Below are positions 8,772 to 19,000 of a stretch of DNA of 64,000 nucleotides, piece by piece. Source of the stretch: Flavobacterium sp. (GTDB lineage Bacteria > Bacteroidota > Bacteroidia > Flavobacteriales > Flavobacteriaceae); contig NZ_JANPFL010000001.1 in NCBI RefSeq assembly GCF_031423415.1, forward strand, positions 3,566-67,565. The letters run 5' to 3'. The position numbers were made by a program, and so were the translations under genes. The stretch's first letter is position 1. Each line of letters begins with the position of its first letter. The notes under the pieces were generated by a model. That model made no database searches. It saw nothing but the letters and a program-made list of their open reading frames with translations, and was not told the origin of the DNA.

Positions 8772-9743
8772 ATGAGTGAAATAGTTATATATAATTCTCC
8801 TGAAAATTTTACTCAACTCGAGGTAACTTTTGAAAGCGAAACGGTTTGGCTTTCTCAAAGTCAAATATCCATACTTTTTAATCGCGACAGAACGGTTATA
8901 ACCAAGCATATAAATAATGTTTTTAAGGAAAATGAATTAGATAAAAAAAGCAATGTGCAAAAAATGCACATTGCAAATTCAGATAAACCGGTTGATTTCT
9001 ACAACCTCGATGTTATCATTTCCGTAGGTTATCGTGTGAAATCCACGCAAGGAACCCAATTCCGTCAATGGGCAACGCAACGTTTAAAAGACTATTTGGT
9101 ACAAGGATATGCCATCAATGAAAAGCGATTGCAAGAAGCAACAGACAAATTTCAAGATTTAAAAAACGCTGTAAAACTGGCAGCAAAAGCTGGAAATGCG
9201 GAAGCATTAACTTCTGTTGAAGCCAAAGGAATTCTTGGAGTTATTGAGCAATATGCTTATGCTTTAGAAACTTTGGACAAATACGACCATCAAAAGTTGA
9301 CGATTCACACAGCTTTTGAAGAAACCGAAATCCAAAAACTAAGTTATGAAAATGCGATCGAGCAAATCAGAATTTGGAGAGATTTTCAAAAAGCGGGAAA
9401 TTTGTTTGGTAACGAAAAAGACCAATCGTTCAAAAGTTCTTTGGAAACTATTTACCAAACTTTTGACAAAACTGACTTATATCCAACACTAGAAGAAAAA
9501 GCGGCTCATTTATTGTATTTTGTCGTAAAAAACCATTCCTTTTCGGATGGAAACAAACGAATTGCAGCAGGATTGTTTATTTATTTTTTAAGTCTAAACA
9601 ACAAACTACTGAATGATTTTGGTGCCAAAAGAATTGGAGACAATGCTTTGGTTGCCATCACCATTATGATTGCCGAAAGTAAGTCGGAAGAGAAAGATAT
9701 AATGGTGAAACTGGTAGTCAATTTGATTAATGGCAATAATTAA
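8772..9743 (+). CDS. RhuM-family DNA-binding domain fused to a Fic/Doc domain
   Basis: N-terminal ETVWLSQ...YNLDVIISVGYRVKS..GTQFRQWAT (RhuM-like); C-terminal HSFSDGNKRIA (Doc-type Fic motif). Confidence 0.9.
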   Translation: MSEIVIYNSPENFTQLEVTFESETVWLSQSQISILFNRDRTVITKHINNVFKENELDKKSNVQKMHIANSDKPVDFYNLDVIISVGYRVKSTQGTQFRQWATQRLKDYLVQGYAINEKRLQEATDKFQDLKNAVKLAAKAGNAEALTSVEAKGILGVIEQYAYALETLDKYDHQKLTIHTAFEETEIQKLSYENAIEQIRIWRDFQKAGNLFGNEKDQSFKSSLETIYQTFDKTDLYPTLEEKAAHLLYFVVKNHSFSDGNKRIAAGLFIYFLSLNNKLLNDFGAKRIGDNALVAITIMIAESKSEEKDIMVKLVVNLINGNN

Positions 9744-9746
9744 AAA

Positions 9747-10733
9747 ATGCAAATAAACAATACAAAAACAACCCGTTGGGGAATCCTAGGATGTGGCAAC
9801 GTTACTGAACTAAAAAGCGGTCCAGCTTATCAAAAAACTGAGGGTTTCAAAATCGAATCAGTGATGCGGAGAGACGCCGAAAAAGCTGCCGATTACGCAA
9901 AAAGACATAATATTGGTAAATACTATTCGGATGCGGATGATTTAATCAACGATCCCGAAATTGACGCTATTTACATTGCAACTCCACCAGACACCCATCA
10001 TCTATATGGGCTTAAAGTAGCTTTGGCTGGAAAAATTTGCTGTATTGAAAAACCATTGACACCGAGTTATGCAGCAAGTTTAGAAATTTACGAAGCTTTT
10101 AAAACCAAAAACATTCCTTTGTTCACCGCTTATTACAGACGAACTTTGCCTCGTTTCGAACAAATAAAATCGTGGCTCGACAACAATGAAATTGGCACCG
10201 TACGATCTATTCGATGGAATTTAACCAAACCAGCTTCCGCCAAAGATTTGTCAGGAGAATACAATTGGCGCACCGACGCCAAAGTGGCTACAGGAGGCTA
10301 TTTTGACGATTTAGCAAGCCACGGTTTGGACTTGTTCACTTTCCTTTTGGGAAACATCAAGGATGTTTCGGGTTTTAGTTTGAACCAACAAGGATTGTAT
10401 TCCGCGAAAGATGCCATCACGGCTTGTTGGCTTCACGAATCTGCTGTTGCAGGTAATGGCAATTGGAATTTTGGAAGCAACAAAAGAGAAGATAGTGTGG
10501 AAATTGCCGGAAGTAAAGGTAAAATAAGTTTTTCCATCTTCGAAAACGACCCGATTATACTTTCTAATGAAGAAGGAGTTTCAGAACTTTTTATCGAGAA
10601 TCCAGTAAACGTGCAATTGCATCACGTAGAACGAATTCGCGAACAGCTGCTGGGCAATAGCCTACATCCTTCGAATGGTTTGACGGCTTCGCACACTAGT
10701 TGGGTTATGGACAAAATCTTAGGGAACCTATAG
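9747..10733 (+). CDS. Gfo/Idh/MocA family oxidoreductase
   Basis: WGILGCGNV Rossmann motif, IATPPDTH, IEKPL, GGYFDDLASH. Confidence 0.92.
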   Translation: MQINNTKTTRWGILGCGNVTELKSGPAYQKTEGFKIESVMRRDAEKAADYAKRHNIGKYYSDADDLINDPEIDAIYIATPPDTHHLYGLKVALAGKICCIEKPLTPSYAASLEIYEAFKTKNIPLFTAYYRRTLPRFEQIKSWLDNNEIGTVRSIRWNLTKPASAKDLSGEYNWRTDAKVATGGYFDDLASHGLDLFTFLLGNIKDVSGFSLNQQGLYSAKDAITACWLHESAVAGNGNWNFGSNKREDSVEIAGSKGKISFSIFENDPIILSNEEGVSELFIENPVNVQLHHVERIREQLLGNSLHPSNGLTASHTSWVMDKILGNL

Positions 10734-10740
10734 AAATAAA

Positions 10741-10774
10741 AAAAACAGCATCAAAAACGTTTTTGATGCTGTTT
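10741..10774. terminator. Bidirectional terminator between the convergent oxidoreductase and trxA
   Basis: aaacagcatcaaaaac-gtttttgatgctgttt perfect inverted repeat. Confidence 0.8.
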
Positions 10775-10832
10775 AATTTATCTATTCTTGTCTAATAATC
10801 CGTATTGCTTATTTAGGACTAGCATTACGGTT

Positions 10833-11150
10833 TTACAACAAAGCGTCTAAACTATCTGCATAAGTTTGCTTTGGAGCCACTCCTACTTGTTTTCCTACTA
10901 CTTCTCCATTGTGAAAAACCAAAACCGTCGGAATATTTCTAACGCCGTATTTTGCAGCAAATTCTTGGTTTGCGTCAACATCTACTTTTCCTACGACTAC
11001 TTTGCCTTCATACTCTTCACCAAGTTGGTCAATGATTGGCCCAACCATTCTACACGGTCCACACCAAGCTGCCCAAAAATCTACCATTACTGGTTTTGTT
11101 GACTTTAAAACTACTTCTTCAAAAGTAGCGTCTGTTATTGCTAATGCCAT
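10833..11150 (-). CDS. trxA: Thioredoxin (start moved to ATG at 11150, MALAITD)
   Basis: WCGPC active site; a TAnnTTTG promoter at 11185-11192 lies inside the longer ORF, which supports the shorter start. Confidence 0.96.
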   Translation of the reverse strand: MALAITDATFEEVVLKSTKPVMVDFWAAWCGPCRMVGPIIDQLGEEYEGKVVVGKVDVDANQEFAAKYGVRNIPTVLVFHNGEVVGKQVGVAPKQTYADSLDALL

Positions 11151-11184
11151 ATTCTTCGTTTTAAAATTATATATTTTTGTAATG

Positions 11185-11192
11185 CAAAGATA
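11185..11192 (-). promoter_or_regulatory. Bacteroidota -7 promoter element for trxA
   Basis: TATCTTTG on the minus strand matches TAnnTTTG. Confidence 0.7.
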
Positions 11193-11307
11193 AAGAAACA
11201 TTTGAGTTACGAACTGTAACTTGTATTACATTTAACTATTTTTAAATTGGTTTAATTTATCTATTCCGCGTAAAATATAAAATAAATAAAGTTTTAATAC
11301 AACAAAT

Positions 11308-11389
11308 AAAAAACCCAGAGCGAGTCTGGGTTATATTTACTTTTTTAAAGTGCAGGCACTAAAGCGCAATGAATAGCTGGGCACTGTGG
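11308..11389 (-). ncRNA. Predicted ~80-nt small RNA directly downstream of the Abi/HEPN gene (candidate RNA antitoxin)
   Basis: Own promoter (TTTG 11419-11422, 18-nt spacer, TAACTTTG 11393-11400), a body more GC-rich than its flanks, and an intrinsic terminator acccaga-ctcgc-tctgggt-TTTTT; no ORF. Confidence 0.6.
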
Positions 11390-11428
11390 GTACAAAGTTA
11401 CTTATAAATATGTAATTACAAAATAATT

Positions 11429-12304
11429 TTAAATCTTTTTTACATACCCAATCTTTTCTTCGATAATTTTCATAATCACTTCATTCTCTTCAAAGCTATC
11501 AAATAATGAAAAAATCTCGTCTTGTATTATGTCTTTCCTGCTTTTTGAAATTTTCTCGAGAAAATATAAAATCACTTTAATTGAGGAATCCAAAGAATGT
11601 TTGTTATTGTTATTAAATTTAAAAAATGGTGTAGTACTTATTTCTAATGGTGTGTTTGAGTCATACAATAAACCACTATGTGCACAAATATTACGTATGA
11701 AGATAATTGTTTGAAAAAAATTTCTAAATGTTTTTAAAGATTTAAAACCATAATGTTGTGCAATTTTAAATTTTACACCCTCTTCTTTAATGGAATGGAA
11801 AATACTGTAAATACTACCAAAAGTTAAAAATTCTAAAGTTTTCCAAGCTGGAGCATAAATGTCATTTGGATAATTAATATGGTGTTTTTTTATGGGTTTG
11901 TTTTTGTCTTTAAATTTGTCATCATAATATTTTGGAAATTGATTAACGAAATTACTATTCATTATTTTTCTATTGGCAAACCATGTTGGCAAATCGGGAT
12001 ACTCGTTTGAAACAATGTAAATTATTTGTGTTCTTAAATTAATCTCGATACGATTTAATGCTTTATTTAAAATGTTTTTTAAATCAACGTCTAGATAGTA
12101 CAATTTTACTACATCTGAAAATTTAGTTCCTTGTGCAAAATTATGTTTATCATCAATTTCAAAAGGATTCCAATAAAACCCCAAACGATAATACCCAATA
12201 TCAAGTAAGGTTTCTTTTACTTTTTCTATCTCACAATCAAACGTCATTCCTCTACTTTCAAGAAGCGCTATTTGTTGTTCTACCGTTGTGGCTGTTTTCC
12301 CCAT
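11429..12304 (-). CDS. Abi family (AbiD/AbiF, Abi_2) HEPN ribonuclease-like abortive-infection protein
   Basis: TTVEQQIALLESRG, IGYYRL, PAWKTLEFLTFG and HEPN motif RNICAH; AT-rich. Confidence 0.88.
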   Translation of the reverse strand: MGKTATTVEQQIALLESRGMTFDCEIEKVKETLLDIGYYRLGFYWNPFEIDDKHNFAQGTKFSDVVKLYYLDVDLKNILNKALNRIEINLRTQIIYIVSNEYPDLPTWFANRKIMNSNFVNQFPKYYDDKFKDKNKPIKKHHINYPNDIYAPAWKTLEFLTFGSIYSIFHSIKEEGVKFKIAQHYGFKSLKTFRNFFQTIIFIRNICAHSGLLYDSNTPLEISTTPFFKFNNNNKHSLDSSIKVILYFLEKISKSRKDIIQDEIFSLFDSFEENEVIMKIIEEKIGYVKKI

Positions 12305-12313
12305 TTTTATTTT

Positions 12314-15300
12314 TTATTTAACCCCATTTACAACCGCAATTTCCTCAGGTGTTAGATCGTACAAGCGATACACTAACTCGTCTATTTCGTTCTCTAAATC
12401 GATTGTATTTGCTTTGACATCTTCTTTTTTGAGGGATAGGATTTGGTCGACTAGATTTGTTAATTTGCCTTGATTGTCTTTATCAATTTTAGGCAATGGA
12501 AAATTTTTGATATCTTCAACCAATATCTTTGGGAATGCACCTTTTGTGGCTTTGGGCGAAGAATTAAAATGATAAAAAGTAGCTAGTTTTGAGTTTAAAA
12601 TAGCTAACAAAGATTTGGTGTTTATTTCGCCTTTAGGATTATTTAAAATATTAATTATTGAAGGATCATTATAAAACTCTTCAGTTGTGTATCCTGCAAA
12701 TATTTTTGGATTTGTAATTTCTCTGATTAATATTCTTTCATTATTAAAATATTTCCTTTCTCTAGGATTGGCAATTTCTCCGTTATAATTAACAAACTCT
12801 TTTTGATTCCAATTAACTGAATAAGGTCTAACATCTCCGCCCCACAGCCATTTTTGCCAACCTAATTTTTCATTAAAGGAATGGAAAACTCTATTTTTTA
12901 TGGTATGTGAATCTTGTCCTTTATATTTGTCATAAGCAATCAATCCTTGAGTATAATCTGGGAAATAGTATGATAATAAATTCTTTGATTTTCTTATTTT
13001 AGAAATAATATTTAGCTTACTAGAAAAAAGTTTAAAAACCAAGCCCCAATTTTGATTGTTTTCTAACAGTTGAGCTTTAGAAACGCTTTCTGTTTTTCTT
13101 TCTATTAATTCTTCAAAACTTAAAACATCCATTGTAGGCTTATAACTTACTTTATCTTTAGATTTTATATTTTCAAATTGTGTAATTATACATCGAACTG
13201 TTGCACCATCAAAAATTGGAAAATTAGTACAGTCTAAAATTGAATTAATTTGCCATTTATCAAATAAAGTTTCTCTATAATTTTTTGCAAAAACATTAAA
13301 TAAGATCGTATTTGGTATAATGTAGGATTTTAACCCATTTTTTGAAAGTATGTTTTTAGAAAGATTGATAAAAAAATAATAAATTTCAAAATCGGGTACT
13401 TTCCCTAAACTAGAAACAGCTTCATTTCGCTCAGAAATAGACATAGAAACACCATAAGGCGGATTCCCAATCACCACATCAAACCCAATAAAATTCCCTT
13501 TATCGTCTAGGACTTCAGGGAATTCAAATCGCCATTCAAAGGCATTGGCATAAATGGGGTTGTCCATCAGCGTTTGTATTTCTACTTGTTTGGCATTGAT
13601 TTCTGCTTCTAGTTTTGTTTTTGCTTTGGTTTCTTTTTCGGTTAATTCGCTGGCAAAAACTTGGTAGGTTTGGTATTTGTCGTAAAACTCACCGTTAAGT
13701 TTTCGCAAATCGTTTTGTAGTTTGGTCACTCGCAAATCGGCTAATTTAAATTCGTCTTTAAAGAGTTTTAAATTGTTTTTCAAGACCTCTTTGGCTTTCT
13801 TGTCGTTGGTATCTTTGTAAATGCTTACCCACGTCTTATAATCTGTTAACTTTTTTTGAAATCCTGAAATTTTTTCAAAAACATTATCCTTAATAGCAAA
13901 TTTAGAAATAAGCGAGTTGCCTGTTTTGATGTTGATGTCAATATTGGGTAAAGTGTGCAATTCCTTGTAATCGCTTTCTTTGGTGTAATAGGCATTTTTT
14001 AGTAATTCTATCCACAAACGCAATTGGCAAATCATTACTGATTTTGGGTTAATATCCACACCAAAAAGGCAGTTTTCTATGAGGATTTGCTTTTGGGTAA
14101 ACAAAGTTTCTTGCAGGTTTTGCAAGTCGGGAATGATATTATTGTTTTGGCTGAGTTGGTATTCGAAAATTTTGTCGGTTTCCTGATTTTGAATGATTAA
14201 TTCATCATTGTCTAGGCTAATGGAGTAACCTAAAACACGGGTTCCATTGGTATAACTCAAAATTTGCAAATCACTTTTTATGGCAATCATTTCATTGAGA
14301 GCCGATACTAGAAAGTGTCCTGAACCTACTGCTGGATCTACAATCTTAATGTCGTTTACAAGTTTGTTCGCTTCTAGTCTTTGTTCTTTGTTGGTGTAAT
14401 GTATTTTGTCGTTTAATTCTTCGAAATCAGTGATGTTTTCGCATTTAGGAAAATGGGTTTTAAACTTTTCGACCACTGCTTTGCGAATGGTTTCACGACA
14501 CATATACATTGTTATAAAACCTGGCGTAAAGAACGAACCGTCTTTGTAACCGTTTATTTTTTCGAATATCAATCCCAAAACTGATGCGTTGATAATCGAT
14601 TTATTTTCTTCTTGGATCAAAGCGTTACTCTCGCTTGCAAAATTATAAGCATCGAGAAAATCTAATAGATAATTGAGACTGGTTTTGGGCTTTACGTCGT
14701 TTTTATTTCCTTTTTTTAAAATTGATTTCTTATGAACTGGAAATTCTAATCGGTCTTTGAGATTGCTTAATGATAATGCGTTCTTTTCTAAATCGGTCAT
14801 TTCAAACAACGAGCTGTTCAAGTACGGAATAGCCGCATATCTTACTGCAATTGATGGATTTCTATCGGCTGTTTTTTCGGCTAAAACTTCAAAGAAAAGC
14901 TCTTCGAGTTCATCAAAATCTTTAATTTTGCTATAAGACAAAAATGAATAATTTTCTTTGTCGTCACGATGGTATTTTATGAGTTGGCTTTCGAGTAATT
15001 TGAGAAATAAAATTCGATTCAGCCAAGTAATACAAAGCTCTAGTGCAGTTTCATAGTATTGATTTTCGGTTTGTTCGTTATTTTCGTAGCCAAAATGTTT
15101 TTTGGTTTTGAGTTTAGAAATCGTGTTTTCTATAAGCGATCCTTCGTTGCGTTCTTCTGCTGTAATCCTACGAATGGTTTTTTTGCGGTTTCGTTGCTTT
15201 CTTCGAGACCAATGATGTAGAGCAATTCGTTATAGAAATCTTTGTTTAATGTATTGCTATCATTGACAAACGATTTTTTTAGTAGATGTTCTGGCGAAAG

Positions 15301-15978
15301 AATTTTGTATAAATCAATTAAATCGTTGTCGTCTTTTTTATTGTCATTGGTGATTTTCTTTTCGTAATCTTTTAGATTAAAATAAGTACACGGAACTTCG
15401 TCTTTGAATTCGGCTAGATATTTAGCAGCGATATGGTCGTAAAAATGTTTAGTATCCGTTCCCGACACTTTCCAACTTTCAAATTCTTTTTTTAGTTTGC
15501 TGTTTCTATAAATGTTTTTCTCGAACCAAACGCCATCAAAAATGAACCATTCATAAATATTAGTCACAATTAAATGTTTGATATTATGATTGTTCCCATC
15601 AACCGTTTGCCGTAAATAATATAAAACCAACTCCTGTAAAGCTTTGACATTGGCATTGGTTTTAGAAACCATATCTCGCTTTTCAGTAGGTTTTTTAAAT
15701 TCGAGAATTACGCCTACTTCATCTTTTGGAGTATTTCCCAAACGAATGACTAAATCTTCTCTTTTATTTACGTTTACCAGATATTTATCTTTACAATAAA
15801 CCGCTTTAAACAAATCCGAAATAATGTTTTTGTGGTATTCTTCGTCTTGCTTTTCGTCTATATGATGAAATGCTTTTTGAAGTTCCGCCTTGAAAATTTC
15901 AATTTGCTCTCGAGTTACCGACTGCTTAAAATAAGCTTTATTTAAACTTTTGGCAGGTTTTATCGTTTCTAATTTCAT
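12314..15978 (-). CDS. Type IIG (Eco57I-like) fused restriction-modification enzyme, interrupted by a frameshift at the A7 tract 15178-15184 (about 1221 aa if restored)
   Basis: N-terminal PD-(D/E)xK-like EDLVI...VILEFKK; MTase motif I DPAVGSGHF and motif IV NPPY; TaqI-like C-terminal TRD; frames 15130-15978 and 12314-14941 join as ...AKKTIRR...TWLNRILFLKLLE... with one extra A. Confidence 0.88.
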
Positions 15979-15995
15979 TTACTAAATGTTTCTTT

Positions 15996-16003
15996 CAAAA
16001 GTA
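15996..16003 (-). promoter_or_regulatory. -7 promoter element for the R-M/Abi unit
   Basis: TACTTTTG on the minus strand, 17 bp upstream of the ATG. Confidence 0.6.
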
Positions 16004-16009
16004 AGTATT

Positions 16010-19000
16010 TTAATTCAACTTAAAATCCACCTCCATCTTCTCCAACTCCATCAACAATTCATTCGAAATCTTGATTTTTAATTTTCGGCTTGGCATTGAT
16101 ATTCGGGTGATTACTTTAGTTTCTGTGACAGTTGTAACGGGCTCGGCGATGGGTTCTTCCATAATCAATTCATCATCTCCAGAAAAATATTCGGTAAAAA
16201 CCACTGACTCGTCCGGAATTTCAGCATCGAATAGTAGTGCATCTGCTTTTTCTTCTACCTCTAGTATTTCGGGCAATTTTTCAACTTTTTTTATTTCATT
16301 TTCTAACTCAACAATATCAAATGTAACCGAATTATTTCCTTTGTTGGATTGGAAAACCGTATTTAATTTCGAGATAAATTCTGAATTCAAATCTTTTATA
16401 TCCAATAAAATATTCAATTTTTTAGCAAAATTATCAAACACGTCTTGCAACATTTTGAATTCCGAGAATTGAATTAAAGGATCTCCCTTTTTTCCCGTTT
16501 CTTTATTTGGCCAACCTTCTTTTACCAATATTTTGATATACGTAAAACTATTTGGAATCAAATAATGGCGGTACTTCATATACTCTTCGCCAAATATTTT
16601 GAACTCATAACTTTCGTCATAACCTTCAAGATGAAACAATGCCCAGCCTTTTCCATTCTTCGCAATTCGATGTTGCACGTTGCTAATTATTCCTCCAAAA
16701 GTTAAATTTTTATTCACAAACTGATTCAAATCTTTCAGCGATTCTAGCTTTGAATTGCAAAAATATTTCATCTCATATCTAAAATCGTCCAGCGGATGTC
16801 CCGAAATATAAATCCCAACCACTTCTTTTTCCTTAGCCAATTTTTCCATCGTACTCCAATCCTCGCAAGGAGGTACAATGGGTTCTGCAATTTGAACATC
16901 GCTACTTTCGCCAAACAAACTGACCTGAGAAGAATTTTCGTTTTCCTGAAACTTGGCGCCATACCGAATGGCTTTTTCGTAGAACGTTATTCCGTCGCCA
17001 TCATCATGAAAATATTGCGCTCTGGTTACACCTGTAAACGAATCAAAACCGCCGGCCAAAGCCAGATTTTCTAATGCTTTTTTATTGGCGGCCCTCAAAT
17101 CAATACGCTTTGTCAAATCAAAAATAGACTTGTATTTTGTGGTTTTTCTGTTTTCGACAATGGTAGCCACGGCTCCAGAGCCAACTCCTTTTACAGCTCC
17201 CATCCCAAATCGAACGGCGTAATCATCATTTACTGTAAATTTATAAAAGGACTCATTCACGTCTGGACCCAATACTTTCAATCCCATACGTTTGCATTCT
17301 TCCATAAAAAAGGAAACTTGCTTGATATCACTCATATTATTTGACAAAACTGCGGCCATATATTCGGCTGGATAATTGGCTTTTAAGTAAGCCGTTTGAT
17401 ACGCAATCCAAGCGTAACAAGTCGAATGCGATTTGTTGAAAGCATATTCTGCAAAGGCTTCCCAGTCTTTCCAGATTTTTTCTAATTTGTCTTCGGGATG
17501 CCCTTTGGCGACAGCCTGACTGATGAATTTGGGTTTCATTTTATCCAAAACATCTTTTTGCTTTTTTCCCATCGCTTTACGTAAAACGTCGGCATCACCT
17601 TTGGAAAAATCCGCCAGTTTTTGGGACAAAAGCATTACTTGCTCTTGATAAACCGTGATTCCGTAGGTGTCTTTTAGCAATTCTTCGCAAACATCAAGGT
17701 CATAAACAATGTCTTCCTCACCGTTTTTTCGCTTCACAAAACTCGGAATATAAGCAATTGGACCTGGACGATACAAGGCGTTCATTGCAATTAAATCAGG
17801 AAAAACGGTAGGTTTTAGTTCTTTTAAATATTTCTGCATTCCAGGCGATTCATACTGAAAAATACCAACAGTTTCGCCCCGTTGGAAAAGCTCGTAGGTT
17901 TTCACATCATCAATAGGAAATTCGTCAGGGTCAAGATCAATATTACTACGATATTTTACTAATTTGACTGTGTCCTTTATTAATGTTAGGGTTTTCAGTC
18001 CCAAGAAATCCATTTTTAATAATCCTGCACTTTCTACAACTGAGTTGTCAAATTGTGTCACATACAAATCAGAATCTTTGGCCGTAGCCACAGGAACAAA
18101 ATCTGTAATGTCACTTGGTGTAATAATAACTCCACAAGCGTGAATACCCGTGTTTCTAAGGTTTCCTTCCAGTACTTTTGCCTGCTGAATGGTTTCGCCA
18201 CTCAGGTCATCTTCCTTTGAAATTCCAATTAATTCCTTAATTTTTTCGAAATCTTCAGGTCGTAGAATTTTCTTGATATCGCCTTCGGCGTCTTTCAAAA
18301 ACCGGGACAAACTCCATTTTGAGGGAATTAAATTTGGAATTAATTTAGCTATTTTATCCGCTTCAAAAAGCGGTAAATCCAAAACTCTCGCCGTATCACG
18401 AATAGCTGATTTGGCTGCCATCGTACCATAAGTGATGATTTGCGCTACTTGTTTTGAGCCATATTTATTGATCACATAATCCATTACTTTGCTTCGGCCT
18501 TCGTCGTCAAAATCGATGTCGATATCGGGAAGCGAAACTCGATCAGGATTCAAAAATCTTTCGAAAAGTAAATTGTATAAAAGTGGGTCAATATTAGTAA
18601 TTCCGAGGCAATATGCCACAACAGAACCGGCTGCAGAACCACGACCTGGACCAACAGAAACGCCCATTTTTCGAGCAGCTGCAATGAAATCCTGAACAAT
18701 CAAGAAATAACCAGGATAACCTGAATTTTCAATTGTCAATAATTCAAAATCAAGGCGTTCTTGAATTTCTGGCGTGATTTCTTTGTAGCGTTTGTTGGCT
18801 CCAATAAAGGTTAGGTTTTTCAAATAGGAATTTTCGCCTCGAACTCCTCCATCGATTGCATCTTGTGGAATATTAAATTCAATTGGAATTTCAAATTTCG
18901 GAAGCAAGACTTCGCGTGCCAAATTGTAAATCTCAATTTTATCGACAATTTCGGAAATGTTCGAAATTGCTTCCGGCAAATCGTTGAAGTTTTTCTTCAT

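Noticed and set aside
8453-9743. Diversity-generating retroelement (TR/VR pair)
   Set aside because: No reverse transcriptase in the window, and the differences between units are not confined to adenines.
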